A DNA stretch of 64,000 nucleotides from Acidimicrobiales bacterium (GTDB lineage: Bacteria; Actinomycetota; Acidimicrobiia; Acidimicrobiales; GCA-2861595). Below the pieces are notes generated by a model. That model saw only the letters and a list, made by a program, of their open reading frames with translations. It searched no databases and was not told the origin of the DNA. Location: assembly GCA_035525365.1 (NCBI GenBank), contig DATLEK010000092.1:4641-68640 (forward strand). The letters run 5' to 3'. Positions 7,624-16,882 of this stretch are shown one piece after another. How positions within the stretch are numbered: position 1 is the first letter of the stretch; each line of letters begins with the position of its first letter. A program made the position numbers and the translations under genes.

Positions 7624-8504
7624 GCGGTCTTGCTACCACCTCGCCGGCCGTCGACCACGCCGAGGACTGGTTGGGCATCGCTGTAGCTCTCGGCCTCAGC
7701 GGGGAATTCCCTGGCGCGTACGTCAGCGACGAAGTGTTGCAGGGCGGCCACGGCGTCCGCCTTCAACGATGCGTAACGGCGTACGAAGGTGGCGGGCGGG
7801 CGGTCCTCCAGACCGAGCAGGTCGTGGAACACGAGAACCTGGCCATCGCACCACCGTCCCGCACCGATCCCGATGGTAGGCACGGTGACCGCTTGAGTGA
7901 CCTCGCGGGCGAGGGCCGCGGGAATCGCCTCCAGCACGATGCAGAAGCAACCGGCCTCGGCCAGCGCCACCGCGTCGGCCAACACCTCGGCGGCTGCCTC
8001 TGCTCCACGACCTTGCACCTTGTAGCCCCCCGTGGCGTGTAAGGACTGAGGCGTCAACCCGACGTGGCCCATCACCGGAATCTCCGCGGCCAGGATCGCC
8101 GACACCATCGGGAGGCGCTTACGGCCCCCTTCCAGCTTGACGGCGCGGGCACCTGCTCGCACCAGTGAGGCCGCGTTCTTGACTGAGTCGATGGGGTCGA
8201 GGTGGTAGCTCATCCACGGGAGGTCGGCGACAAGCAGCGCGCGGGGGCGGGCGGCGGCCGCTGCTGCGGTGTGATGCGCCATCTCGGCCACCGTCACCTG
8301 CAGAGTGTCCCCGTGGCCGAGTACGACCATGGCCAGCGAGTCGCCCACCAGGATGAGGTCGACGCCGGCCTCGTCAGCCATACGCGCGCTCGGGGCGTCG
8401 TAGGCGGTCACCATCACCAGCGGCTCTCCGCCTTTACGGGCACGGATAGCTGGCGCGGTGAGCGCGGCCGTGTTGCTGGCAGGCATGAGCCGGCCTCCCT
8501 TCAT
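7620..8504 (-). CDS. panB: 3-methyl-2-oxobutanoate hydroxymethyltransferase
   Basis: LVMVTAYDAPSARMADEAGVDLILVGDSLAMVVLGH..T..V and KLEGG motifs. Confidence 0.9.
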   Translation of the reverse strand: MKGGRLMPASNTAALTAPAIRARKGGEPLVMVTAYDAPSARMADEAGVDLILVGDSLAMVVLGHGDTLQVTVAEMAHHTAAAAAARPRALLVADLPWMSYHLDPIDSVKNAASLVRAGARAVKLEGGRKRLPMVSAILAAEIPVMGHVGLTPQSLHATGGYKVQGRGAEAAAEVLADAVALAEAGCFCIVLEAIPAALAREVTQAVTVPTIGIGAGRWCDGQVLVFHDLLGLEDRPPATFVRRYASLKADAVAALQHFVADVRAREFPAEAESYSDAQPVLGVVDGRRGGSKTA

Positions 8505-8569
8505 TCGTCCGGCGCGGAACTGCTGCCGGCGTATCCCCTGATTGTAAGGGTGGCGGCGCCCAGTGGGCG

Positions 8570-10708
8570 TCAGGGCTTGCCCAGTGATCGGGGGCCGAGG
8601 CCTGGGCCGCCGCCACCGGGTGCGGTGGTCGAGGAGGGCGCGGGGTCGCTCGGGGTAGAGCCGGCCGGCGACGGCGCCGTGGTGGTGAGCACAGCTTCTC
8701 TGGCGATCGTCGGCGACGGCGTCGGGCCCGGAGGTGAAACTGAGGTGGTCGTGGTGGTCGAAAGGATGACTCGATCGTCAACCTTGAACACCTTGCCAGG
8801 GAAAGAGGTCACGCTCGGGAAGGAGCCGGAATCGGGATAGTCCTTCGACGCCGCCTGCATGAAGCGCTTGAAGATGGTGGCCGGGAACGAGCCGCCTCTC
8901 ACCTCCTGGCCCCGGACGTTGTCCATCTTCTTGTCACTGCCCTCGGGGAAGCCGAGCCACACAGCCGCCGTCAACTTCGGCGTGTACCCGACGAACCACG
9001 CATCCCCGAAGTCCTGGGTAGTCCCTGTCTTGCCTGCCACCGGACGGCCGAAGCCAGCGCCCTTTCCGCTACCGCGGCGGATCACCTGCTGGAGGCAGTA
9101 ATTGACCACATCCGCCTGAGCCGGCTCCATCACCTTGGTGCGGGCCGGTGGGCGGGCAGGCTCGAGCACCCGTCCATCGGCGGTGGTCACCTCGAGGATT
9201 ACCGTGGGCTCGAGGTGCACCCCCCGGTTGGCAAAGGTGCTGTAGCCGCTGGCCATCTCCAGCACGGACACCTCGGAAGTTCCAAGGGCCAGGGAGATGT
9301 TCCGGACCAAGGGCGACGAGATGCCGGCGGCACGGGCCAGCTTGATAACGCTCTCCGGGCCGACTGCCTTGATCAACTGCGCGTAGACGGTGTTCACCGA
9401 GTTCCGGGTGGCGTCTATCAGGTCCACACTGGCGCCGAAGTCGGCATCTTCGAAGTTTTTCACGGGGTAGTTCCTGCCCTGGTCGGCCTTGGGAAAGATG
9501 GCCTCGGGTGGGCCGGGGAAGGAGGACTTGACCGTGTAGCCATCCCGTACAGCCGCAGCGAGGACGAAGGGCTTGAACGTCGATCCGGGTTGGCGGCCGG
9601 TACCTCCTCCCTCCCGCCCCACGGCCAGGTTGACCTTTGCGTAAGGCACATCGGCTCTCCAATCCCGACCGCCCACCATGGCTTTCACGTGCCCTTGCTC
9701 ATCGATGGCAACGAGCGCTCCGGCCGGATCGTCGGGATGGTCGAGGAAGCCGTACACGGCGTCGTAGGCCTGCGCCTGAGCCCTCAGATCGAGCGTGGTC
9801 TTTATTCGCAGCCCGCCCCGGTAGAGCGCAGCTTCGTCGTACCGGCTCGCCAGTTGCCGGCGGACGTACTCCACGAAGTACTGCGTCCCCTTCTCGGGCA
9901 TAGCCACGGAGGACTCGGACTTCGCCTTGGAGACGACATACGAATCGACCGGCTCCGCTTCTGCTGCAGCCCTTTGACGCCTGGTTATCGAGCCGGCCCG
10001 CTCCATGGCCGCCAGCGTCCGCGCCCGGCGGGAGGCAGCCACCTTGGGGCTTCGCGTGGCATCGCCCGCCTCGGGTGACCGGATCAGCCCGGCCAGGTAT
10101 GCGGCTTCCCGTAGTCCGATCTCACCGACATCCTTTCCGAAGTAAGCCCGCGATGCCGCCTGGACTCCGTAAGCTCCCCGCCCAAGGTAGATGGTATTCA
10201 AGTAGCGCTCGAGGATCTCGTCCTTGTCGAGTTTTCGTTCCACCTTGACGGCCAGAAGGGCCTCTTTGAACTTCCGCCACACGGTCCTTTCACGACCGAC
10301 GTAGACGTTCTTGACGTACTGCTGAGTAATGGTCGAGCCTCCCTGGAGGGCACGTCCTCGCACGTCGGCCCACGTCGCACGGGCGATGCCCAGCGGGTCG
10401 ATGCCGCCGTGGTTGAAGAAGTCCTTGTCCTCCGTTGCCAAGACGGCGTTCACCACAACTTTCGGCACCTTGGCCAGCTTCACCAGGACCCGGTTCTCTC
10501 CGCTGTCGAGTGAGGCCAAGCGGGCGCCTTTGGCGTCGATGAGCAGGGTCGTCTGGGCCTGGGGCGCCTCAGGCGGCAGGGGCACCCGCACGAGCAGATA
10601 TGCGGCGCCGGCCAGAAGGGTGAAACCTCCGAGGGAGAGGAGGAACAGGTGCCGGCGGTAACGCCAAGCCCAGCATCGTTGACGCCCGGTCGGTGGGGCG
10701 GCCGTCAC
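8570..10708 (-). CDS. ponA: Class A penicillin-binding protein (glycosyltransferase plus transpeptidase)
   Basis: GT51 motifs (ATEDKDFFNHGGIDP, RGGSTITQQ), transpeptidase STFKP, SVN and KTGT motifs, and a Pro/Thr/Ser-rich C-terminal tail. Proposed GTG start at 10708 overlaps the stop of the upstream membrane gene (GTGA). The 836-aa ORF is over-extended. Confidence 0.85.
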   Translation of the reverse strand: MTAAPPTGRQRCWAWRYRRHLFLLSLGGFTLLAGAAYLLVRVPLPPEAPQAQTTLLIDAKGARLASLDSGENRVLVKLAKVPKVVVNAVLATEDKDFFNHGGIDPLGIARATWADVRGRALQGGSTITQQYVKNVYVGRERTVWRKFKEALLAVKVERKLDKDEILERYLNTIYLGRGAYGVQAASRAYFGKDVGEIGLREAAYLAGLIRSPEAGDATRSPKVAASRRARTLAAMERAGSITRRQRAAAEAEPVDSYVVSKAKSESSVAMPEKGTQYFVEYVRRQLASRYDEAALYRGGLRIKTTLDLRAQAQAYDAVYGFLDHPDDPAGALVAIDEQGHVKAMVGGRDWRADVPYAKVNLAVGREGGGTGRQPGSTFKPFVLAAAVRDGYTVKSSFPGPPEAIFPKADQGRNYPVKNFEDADFGASVDLIDATRNSVNTVYAQLIKAVGPESVIKLARAAGISSPLVRNISLALGTSEVSVLEMASGYSTFANRGVHLEPTVILEVTTADGRVLEPARPPARTKVMEPAQADVVNYCLQQVIRRGSGKGAGFGRPVAGKTGTTQDFGDAWFVGYTPKLTAAVWLGFPEGSDKKMDNVRGQEVRGGSFPATIFKRFMQAASKDYPDSGSFPSVTSFPGKVFKVDDRVILSTTTTTSVSPPGPTPSPTIAREAVLTTTAPSPAGSTPSDPAPSSTTAPGGGGPGLGPRSLGKP

Positions 10709-11802
10709 TCGGGATGTCCTCCCACCGGCAGCGCCCGAATGCGGTTGGCGACCACGACTAGCAAGGCCGCGGCCATCGCCAGGGAGGCTCCGCGGTCGTA
10801 TGTGCCGCCGCCGCCGGCGCCCGTCCATCCCCAGCTCCCGGGGCGGAGCACGACCCACATGGCCAGCGCGCCGGCCGGCAGAAGCTGAAGGGCCGACCCA
10901 TCCCTGGGAAAGGGTGCCGCGACAGCCATCCGCCGGCTCAAAGCCATAGCCGTGACCACAGCTCCGAGCACTACCACGACGATGGATCCGTCGACATCGC
11001 TGACTACCAGGGCGGCCGCCAGCGCGGCCGCGCCGGGGACACCCAGAAGCGCGACCGCAGGGTGCGGAACGGCCAGGCACAGGGCGGCGGCACCGGCCAG
11101 AAGACCAGAGGCCTCGCCACCATCAGGGATGACGGCGGCGGCCAGGGCAAGGGCGGCAAGGGCTGGCGCCGGGTGGGCCGGTACCCGTGTCGCCCAAAAG
11201 GCGGCGGCGGCTGCCGCCGTAGCGACCACTGCCAGCTGGGGCAGGCCCGGTACAGCCACAAGACCTACGAGGAGACCGGGAACGACGAGGGGGCGCGTCC
11301 ATGACGATCCGACGCTCGCGACCAACACCAGGAGAGTGGCCGCCACCGCTCCGAGAAACGCAGCAACCGGCTCATCCGAAGGCAAAGGACGTGACCACCC
11401 CTCACCACCGTCGGCCACTATGCCGGCTATCAGGAAGGCGGCGGCGGCGACCAGCCCCAGTACCGGAAGGAGCCGGCACCAAGGCGGGGCACTGCTCTCC
11501 TGGGGCGTCCTGATCGTCTCGACAGCGGCGTGGCACAGCACCATGGCGACCAGCAGCGCCGATGACCCGCCGGCCGCCTGGGCCAACGCGGGGGGCAGGA
11601 GGAGGAGCAGGAGCACGGGGACGAAAACCGTCCGGCGCGTACGTGGTCGCCAGGCGGCCCCGACCAAGGCGGCCGTCGCCGCCGCGGCCGCCGTCCCCCG
11701 GCTGGTCGTGTCGAACGGCAAATCCCAGGCCGCGATGGTCGCGGCCATCCATCCAGAAGTGACAACAGAAGCCGTCCCGGCCCAGGCCACGTCGATCCTC
11801 AT
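10705..11802 (-). CDS. Polytopic Ala/Leu/Val-rich integral membrane protein
   Basis: Many hydrophobic segments. ATG at 11802 overlaps the upstream gene's stop (ATGA). Positional analogue of the membrane proteins next to ponA1 in mycobacteria. Confidence 0.5.
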   Translation of the reverse strand: MRIDVAWAGTASVVTSGWMAATIAAWDLPFDTTSRGTAAAAATAALVGAAWRPRTRRTVFVPVLLLLLLPPALAQAAGGSSALLVAMVLCHAAVETIRTPQESSAPPWCRLLPVLGLVAAAAFLIAGIVADGGEGWSRPLPSDEPVAAFLGAVAATLLVLVASVGSSWTRPLVVPGLLVGLVAVPGLPQLAVVATAAAAAAFWATRVPAHPAPALAALALAAAVIPDGGEASGLLAGAAALCLAVPHPAVALLGVPGAAALAAALVVSDVDGSIVVVVLGAVVTAMALSRRMAVAAPFPRDGSALQLLPAGALAMWVVLRPGSWGWTGAGGGGTYDRGASLAMAAALLVVVANRIRALPVGGHPE

Positions 11803-12320
11803 GCGATGAGAGCCAGGCCCACGGCGCCGGCAGCCAGAACAAGCGCCAGGGAGCGGGCGGCGGGCGGTGCGAACCGCTGGGCGCCCAGGGCCAGGCCTGC
11901 TCCCAAAACAGCCGCGGCGCCCCGGAGGACAACCTGGCCGAGGGCGCCTGCCGGGCCCGCGACGATCACGCCCGCGGTGACGCCGAACAGCAGGGCGGTG
12001 AGGCCCCTTGGTTTCACCAGGATCAGCGCGGCGGCGGCGCACCACATGGACGCGGCAGCCAGAGGAGGGCCGACCGCGGCAGCCGGTCCGAGCACGGTCT
12101 GGGCCCCGCCGATGGCGTCGAGTGATGTGGTGCCCCATCGCAGGGCAACGGCGGCAGTCGCCATCAGCGCTACCGCCCCGACCACCAGCTCTCCGGCAGC
12201 CGCCCCGAGCAGGACAATCAGCAACACCACTTCGCCGGTCGACGAGAGCGCCAGCAACGCCGCCCCCACGCCGGCACCCGTGCGCAGTTCATCGGAGCTC
12301 GGCCCGCTCCACGGAACCAC
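11799..12320 (-). CDS. Integral membrane protein
   Basis: The hydrophobic C-terminal 170 aa of the 378-aa track ORF. GTG at 12320 lies just downstream of the DUF5318 stop. The upstream part overlaps DUF5318 in another frame and is rejected. Confidence 0.45.
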   Translation of the reverse strand: MVPWSGPSSDELRTGAGVGAALLALSSTGEVVLLIVLLGAAAGELVVGAVALMATAAVALRWGTTSLDAIGGAQTVLGPAAAVGPPLAAASMWCAAAALILVKPRGLTALLFGVTAGVIVAGPAGALGQVVLRGAAAVLGAGLALGAQRFAPPAARSLALVLAAGAVGLALIA

Positions 12321-12358
12321 CGGTCGGGATCTGCGGCCCGCCCGCCGCGCAGCCGCTC

Positions 12359-12772
12359 TCAGCTGGACTTCGCCTGCCGTCGCCCGGCGGCGTAGGTCCG
12401 CGCCAGGTGGTTCCACCCGCAGTCGCGACAGACCTCCACCATGTAGCACGTCACGTCTCCAGCCCGCCGGGTGATCCTGGCCAGCTCCGTCCCCGTGGTG
12501 AAGCAGTGGCCGCCGGAGGGCAGCCGGGAACCGAAGGCGTAGGAGACATGGACCAAGGAGGGCGCTTCGCAGATCGGACAATCCTGCCCAGACGCCTCGC
12601 CGATGCCCCGGGCCGCCCGCAAAAGCTCCGGGTGGGCGTCGCACACGTCCAGGCGGGACAGCCGGCCGCGCTTGAACTCCTTCAGGATCGAGTTGCGAGC
12701 CAGGCGGTAATCGACCTGCGCCAGCGCCGAGGTGGCGGCGCCACCACGAAGGGATTGGGGCCGGAAGCTCAC
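12359..12772 (-). CDS. DUF5318-family protein (Rv0049-like, Cys-rich)
   Basis: VDYRLARNSILKEFKRGRLSRLDVCDAHPELLRAA...CPICE...CYMVEVCRDCGWNHL. Conserved position next to PadR/ino1. Confidence 0.7.
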   Translation of the reverse strand: MSFRPQSLRGGAATSALAQVDYRLARNSILKEFKRGRLSRLDVCDAHPELLRAARGIGEASGQDCPICEAPSLVHVSYAFGSRLPSGGHCFTTGTELARITRRAGDVTCYMVEVCRDCGWNHLARTYAAGRRQAKSS

Positions 12773-12827
12773 CAGAGAAAGGGTAGCGCCGCGCTGCCTG
12801 CCCGTCGGTCTGCGGTGCGGCCATGAC

Positions 12828-12886
12828 TTGACCGCGGTGGTGCACCGCGGCCATAATAGTCAGGAGCGTTATATCGAACCGATATA
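12828..12886 (+). promoter_or_regulatory. Candidate padR-ino1 promoter with two embedded inverted repeats
   Basis: TTGACC (12828-12833), 18-nt spacer, CATAAT (12852-12857). IR CCGCGGTG/CACCGCGG (12832-12839 / 12843-12850) lies inside the spacer. IR TATATCG-AAC-CGATATA (12870-12886) sits in a locally AT-rich patch just before the GTG at 12895. Confidence 0.4.
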
Positions 12887-12894
12887 TTGGACAG

Positions 12895-13542
12895 GTGGAA
12901 TCGTTGCTGGAACTCGCCATTCTCGGGGTCCTCAAAGACCAGGAGCTGCACGGCTACGAGCTGAAGAAGCGACTGACGGAGACGGTCGGTCCTCTGTCCA
13001 GCGTCTCGTTCGGCTCGCTCTATCCGGCCCTCTCCCGGCTGGAAGCAGCGGGCGCGGTGAAGGCCGTCGAGGCCCGCACGGGAAGTACGGCCATACCGAT
13101 GACCGGCTCCCTCGGCGCCGAGGTCGCCGCCTTTCGAGCGCGCCGAGGACCCGTGCGGGGTAGCCGGGGCAAGAAGGTCTACGGCATCACAGAGCGGGGA
13201 CACGAACTCTTCGCTGAGTTGCTGGCCGCCAGCAGCCAGTCGCCCGAGGACGATCGGGGCTTCAACCTGAGGCTGGCCTTTGCGCGCCATCTACCGCCGG
13301 AGGCCCGGCTCGGCCTGCTCGAGCGGCGCCGGGCCCAGCTCGTCGAACGCCTGGCCAAGGCAAGCAGCTCCATCCGGTCCAGCCGCGACCGCCTCGACAG
13401 CTACGCCCGCTCGCTGCTCGAGCACGGCAGCGAGGCCACCGAACGGGACATCACCTGGCTCGACCAGCTCATCGCCGCAGAATCCGCAGCATCCGCAGCA
13501 TCCGCAGCATCCGACTCTCGAAACAACAAGGAGACAAAATGA
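12895..13542 (+). CDS. PadR-family transcriptional regulator
   Basis: [24 protein letters not shown]....[16 protein letters not shown] winged-helix signature. Positional analogue of Rv0047c. Confidence 0.85.
   Translation: MESLLELAILGVLKDQELHGYELKKRLTETVGPLSSVSFGSLYPALSRLEAAGAVKAVEARTGSTAIPMTGSLGAEVAAFRARRGPVRGSRGKKVYGITERGHELFAELLAASSQSPEDDRGFNLRLAFARHLPPEARLGLLERRRAQLVERLAKASSSIRSSRDRLDSYARSLLEHGSEATERDITWLDQLIAAESAASAASAASDSRNNKETK
13477..13512. repeat. 9-nt tandem repeat x4 at the 3' end of padR
   Basis: GCAGAATCC GCAGCATCC GCAGCATCC GCAGCATCC, encoding [12 protein letters not shown]. Confidence 0.8.
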
Positions 13543-14609
13543 CATCCAAGATCCGAGTGGCCATCGCCGGCGTAGGCAACTGCGCCAGCTCGCTCGTACA
13601 GGGCATCGAGTACTACCGCGGGGCGGACCCCGCGGAGACAGTGCCCGGGCTCATGAATGTGAGCCTCGGTGGCTACCACGTGGGCGACGTCGAGTTCGTG
13701 GCCGCCTTCGATGTCGATGCGGCCAAGGTCGGGCTCGACTTGGGCAAGGCCATTTTCACGGGACAGAACAACACCATCCGGTTCGCGCCCGTGGGCGAGC
13801 TGGGTGTCACTGTGCAACGGGGCCCCACCTTTGACGGCCTCGGGAAGTACTACCGCCTCACGGTCGAGGAGTCACCCGTGGAGGCGGTCGACATCGCCGA
13901 GGCACTTCGGGCGTCACGGGCCGATGTCCTGGTCGCCTATCTTCCCGTCGGCTCCGAGGTGGCCCAGAAGCACTACGCCCAAGCTTGCCTCGACACAGGC
14001 GTGGCCTTCGTCAATGCCATTCCGGTGTTCATCGCCAGCGACCCCGAATGGGCCCGCCGGTTCCAAGATGCCGGGGTACCGATCGTTGGTGACGACATCA
14101 AGAGCCAGGTGGGCGCCACCATCGTGCACCGCATCCTGGCCCGCCTCTTCGAGGACCGGGGCATGGTCCTCGACCGGACCTACCAGCTCAACGTGGGCGG
14201 GAACATGGACTTCAAGAACATGCTCGAGCGGGAGCGTCTCGAGTCCAAGAAGATCTCCAAGACCCAAGCCGTCACTTCTCAGCTGGACAACGGCATCGCC
14301 GACGACGACGTACACATCGGGCCCTCCGATCACGTGGCCTGGCTCGAGGACCGCAAGTGGGCCTACATCCGCCTCGAGGGTCGTAACTTCGGCGACGTTC
14401 CGCTCAATCTGGAGCTCAAGTTGGAAGTGTGGGACTCGCCCAACTCCGCCGGCGTCATCATCGATGCTGTGCGCTGCGCCAAGATCGCCCTGGACCGGGG
14501 CATCGGGGGCCCTCTGGAAGGGCCGTCGGCGTATTTCATGAAGTCACCACCGGTCCAGCACCACGACGAGGACGCCCTTCGCATGGTGGAGGAGTTCGCC
14601 GCCGGCTAG
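13539..14609 (+). CDS. ino1: myo-inositol-1-phosphate synthase
   Basis: [23 protein letters not shown]..., ...[12 protein letters not shown]..., NVGGNMDF motifs. The ATG overlaps the padR stop (ATGA). Confidence 0.9.
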   Translation: MTSKIRVAIAGVGNCASSLVQGIEYYRGADPAETVPGLMNVSLGGYHVGDVEFVAAFDVDAAKVGLDLGKAIFTGQNNTIRFAPVGELGVTVQRGPTFDGLGKYYRLTVEESPVEAVDIAEALRASRADVLVAYLPVGSEVAQKHYAQACLDTGVAFVNAIPVFIASDPEWARRFQDAGVPIVGDDIKSQVGATIVHRILARLFEDRGMVLDRTYQLNVGGNMDFKNMLERERLESKKISKTQAVTSQLDNGIADDDVHIGPSDHVAWLEDRKWAYIRLEGRNFGDVPLNLELKLEVWDSPNSAGVIIDAVRCAKIALDRGIGGPLEGPSAYFMKSPPVQHHDEDALRMVEEFAAG

Positions 14610-14707
14610 GCCGAGGAGCCGGCTTCGTCGCCCGGACATCGGCCGTGTTGGATTGTTGAAGCTGACGATCCGCATCACGCGGGGGTCAGGTGTAGCAACA
14701 TTCCCCC

Positions 14708-15445
14708 GTGGCCAACGAGAATCGCCAGATGCACGACCGCTGCGCTACCTGGTACCAGAGGAAGCCTGATCTGCCGCTCGACGTGGCCCACTACGGTCCC
14801 GACATCGGTGATGAGTCGGACCTGCGCCTGCTCGGCGAGGTACGGGGCAGGCGGGTCCTGGAGCTGGGGTGCGGGTCGGCGCCGGCCTCGATCTCCTTCG
14901 CCAAGCAGGGTGCCATCGCCCTGGCCGTGGAATCCTCCGACGAGTTGGCGGCTTTCGCCAGGAGGCGATGCGAACAAGAGGGAGTCCGCGTCGAGCTGCG
15001 TCAGGGAGACCTGGCCGACCTCGCATTCATCCGGGCCGACTCGGTGGACATCGTCTTCAGCGCCTACGCGCTGGCCTACGTGGAGGATCTCAGCCGCGTG
15101 TTCCGGCAGGTGCACCGGGTCCTGAAAGTGGGCGCTCCCCTGGTGTTCAGCCTTCCCCACCCCTTCTACGACATTATCGACGAGGACGGGAACCAGCCCC
15201 TCCTCGTGCGACGCTCCTACTTCGACCGCACCAGCATCGGCTCTGAAGACGAAGACCTGACGGAGAGCCGCCAGCACCACACCATTGCCGATCTCTACAC
15301 AGTGTTGTTCCGGGCCAGCTACCGCGTGGACGCCATGCTCGAGCCCCAACCCGAGACGAGCGGCCCCCGCAGCTCGCTGTGGCGGGAGCCGTTCCGTTAC
15401 GTCCCCCGCACCCTCGTCATCAGGGCACGGAAGGAGGGGAACTGA
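14708..15445 (+). CDS. Class I SAM-dependent methyltransferase
   Basis: Motif I VLELGCGSA, then DIVFSAYALAYVED and LKVGAPLVFSLPHP. Confidence 0.8.
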   Translation: MANENRQMHDRCATWYQRKPDLPLDVAHYGPDIGDESDLRLLGEVRGRRVLELGCGSAPASISFAKQGAIALAVESSDELAAFARRRCEQEGVRVELRQGDLADLAFIRADSVDIVFSAYALAYVEDLSRVFRQVHRVLKVGAPLVFSLPHPFYDIIDEDGNQPLLVRRSYFDRTSIGSEDEDLTESRQHHTIADLYTVLFRASYRVDAMLEPQPETSGPRSSLWREPFRYVPRTLVIRARKEGN

Positions 15446-16877
15446 GACCCTCCGGCTGCTGGCGTAGTTTCCACCACTCGTCGAGACGGTTCCGTGCCTC
15501 CGCCTCGCCAAGAGGCCCTTCCTCCAGGCGCAGCTCGAGCAGGTAGCTCAGAGCTTCGCCCACCACCTTCCCCGGTGGCACACCCAGGTGCTCCATGACC
15601 TGGCTACCGTCGAGGTCCGGTCGCATGGCGGCCAGCTCCTCCTGCTCCTCCAGGAGGGCCAGGCGGGCCTCGAACTCATCGATGCGTCTGCCCAGCGTCT
15701 CGGCTTTTCTGGCGTTCCGGGTGGTGCAGTCGCACCTGGTGAGTTCGTTGAGCCGGTACAGCAACGGTCCGGCGTCCCGCACGTATCGCCGTACGGCGGC
15801 ATCGGTCCAGCCCATCTTGTAGGTGTGGAAGCGGAGGTGCATCTCCACGAGCCGGGTCACGGCGTCGACCATCGCCGATGGATAGCGCAAGGCTCGCATC
15901 CGATCCCGTGTCATCCGCGCTCCCACCACCTCGTGATGGTGGAAGGAGACTCCACCAGGACCGATGGAGCGGGTCTTGGGCTTCCCGATGTCGTGGAAGA
16001 GAGCAGCCAGGCGCAGCACCAGTTCGGGTGAGGTCTTCTCCACGACGGCGATGGTGTGAGCCAGGACATCCTTGTGGCGATGGATCGGGTCCTGCTCCAG
16101 GGCGAGGGCGGGTAGCTCCGGGATGAACTGGCCGGCCAGGCCTGTGTCCACCATGAACCAGAGCCCGGAACCGACCCGGTCGCCGTCGACCACCATCAGC
16201 TTGTCGAGCTCGTCCCGGATCCTCTCGGCCGACACGATCGAGAGGCGGTCATGCATCTCCCGCACAGCCTGCACCAGCTCCTCTTCAGGCTGAAGCTGCA
16301 GGCCGGCCAGAAAGCGCGCCGCCCGCAGCATGCGCAACGGATCGTCGCCGAAGGATTCGGCTGCGGCCAGAGGCGTCCGCAGCCGCCTTGCCGCGATGTC
16401 GCCAAGCCCGTCGAATGGGTCGATCAGCTCGAGGTCGGGAAGACGAAGGGCCATGGCGTTCACGGTGAAATCACGCCGGGAAAGGTCCGCCTCCACGGCG
16501 TCGGCGAAGGCCACCTCCGGCTTCCTCGAGTCTGGGGAGTAGGCCTCGGCCCGGTGCGTGGTGATCTCGAAGTCGCGGCCTCGCCGGCGACAGCCGATCG
16601 TGCCGAACCGCTCACCCTGGTCCCACACCGCCTCCGCCTCGCCTCGGATCAACCGCTTGATCTCGTCGGGCCGGGCGTCGGTGGTGAGGTCGAGGTCGAG
16701 GTCGTCATCGAGGCGGTTCAGCACTGCATCCCGCACCACTCCGCCTACGAGGTACAGCTGGTGACCTGCCGGTTGGAAGCGGTCGACCAGCCATGCGGTC
16801 TCAGCAACCAGAGGCTTGACGCGCTCGGGGAGGACCACTCGGGCGAGGGTAGTTGGAAGCCGTCGAGCGCCCGGCAT
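15420..16877 (-). CDS. cca: CCA-adding tRNA nucleotidyltransferase with HD domain
   Basis: LYLVGGVVRDAVLNR..DLDLTT, RRDFTVNAMA, and HD-domain HRHKDVLAHT...LFHDIGKP. Positional analogue of pcnA (Rv3907c). Confidence 0.85.
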   Translation of the reverse strand: MPGARRLPTTLARVVLPERVKPLVAETAWLVDRFQPAGHQLYLVGGVVRDAVLNRLDDDLDLDLTTDARPDEIKRLIRGEAEAVWDQGERFGTIGCRRRGRDFEITTHRAEAYSPDSRKPEVAFADAVEADLSRRDFTVNAMALRLPDLELIDPFDGLGDIAARRLRTPLAAAESFGDDPLRMLRAARFLAGLQLQPEEELVQAVREMHDRLSIVSAERIRDELDKLMVVDGDRVGSGLWFMVDTGLAGQFIPELPALALEQDPIHRHKDVLAHTIAVVEKTSPELVLRLAALFHDIGKPKTRSIGPGGVSFHHHEVVGARMTRDRMRALRYPSAMVDAVTRLVEMHLRFHTYKMGWTDAAVRRYVRDAGPLLYRLNELTRCDCTTRNARKAETLGRRIDEFEARLALLEEQEELAAMRPDLDGSQVMEHLGVPPGKVVGEALSYLLELRLEEGPLGEAEARNRLDEWWKLRQQPEGLSSPPSVP

Positions 16878-16882
16878 GATCT

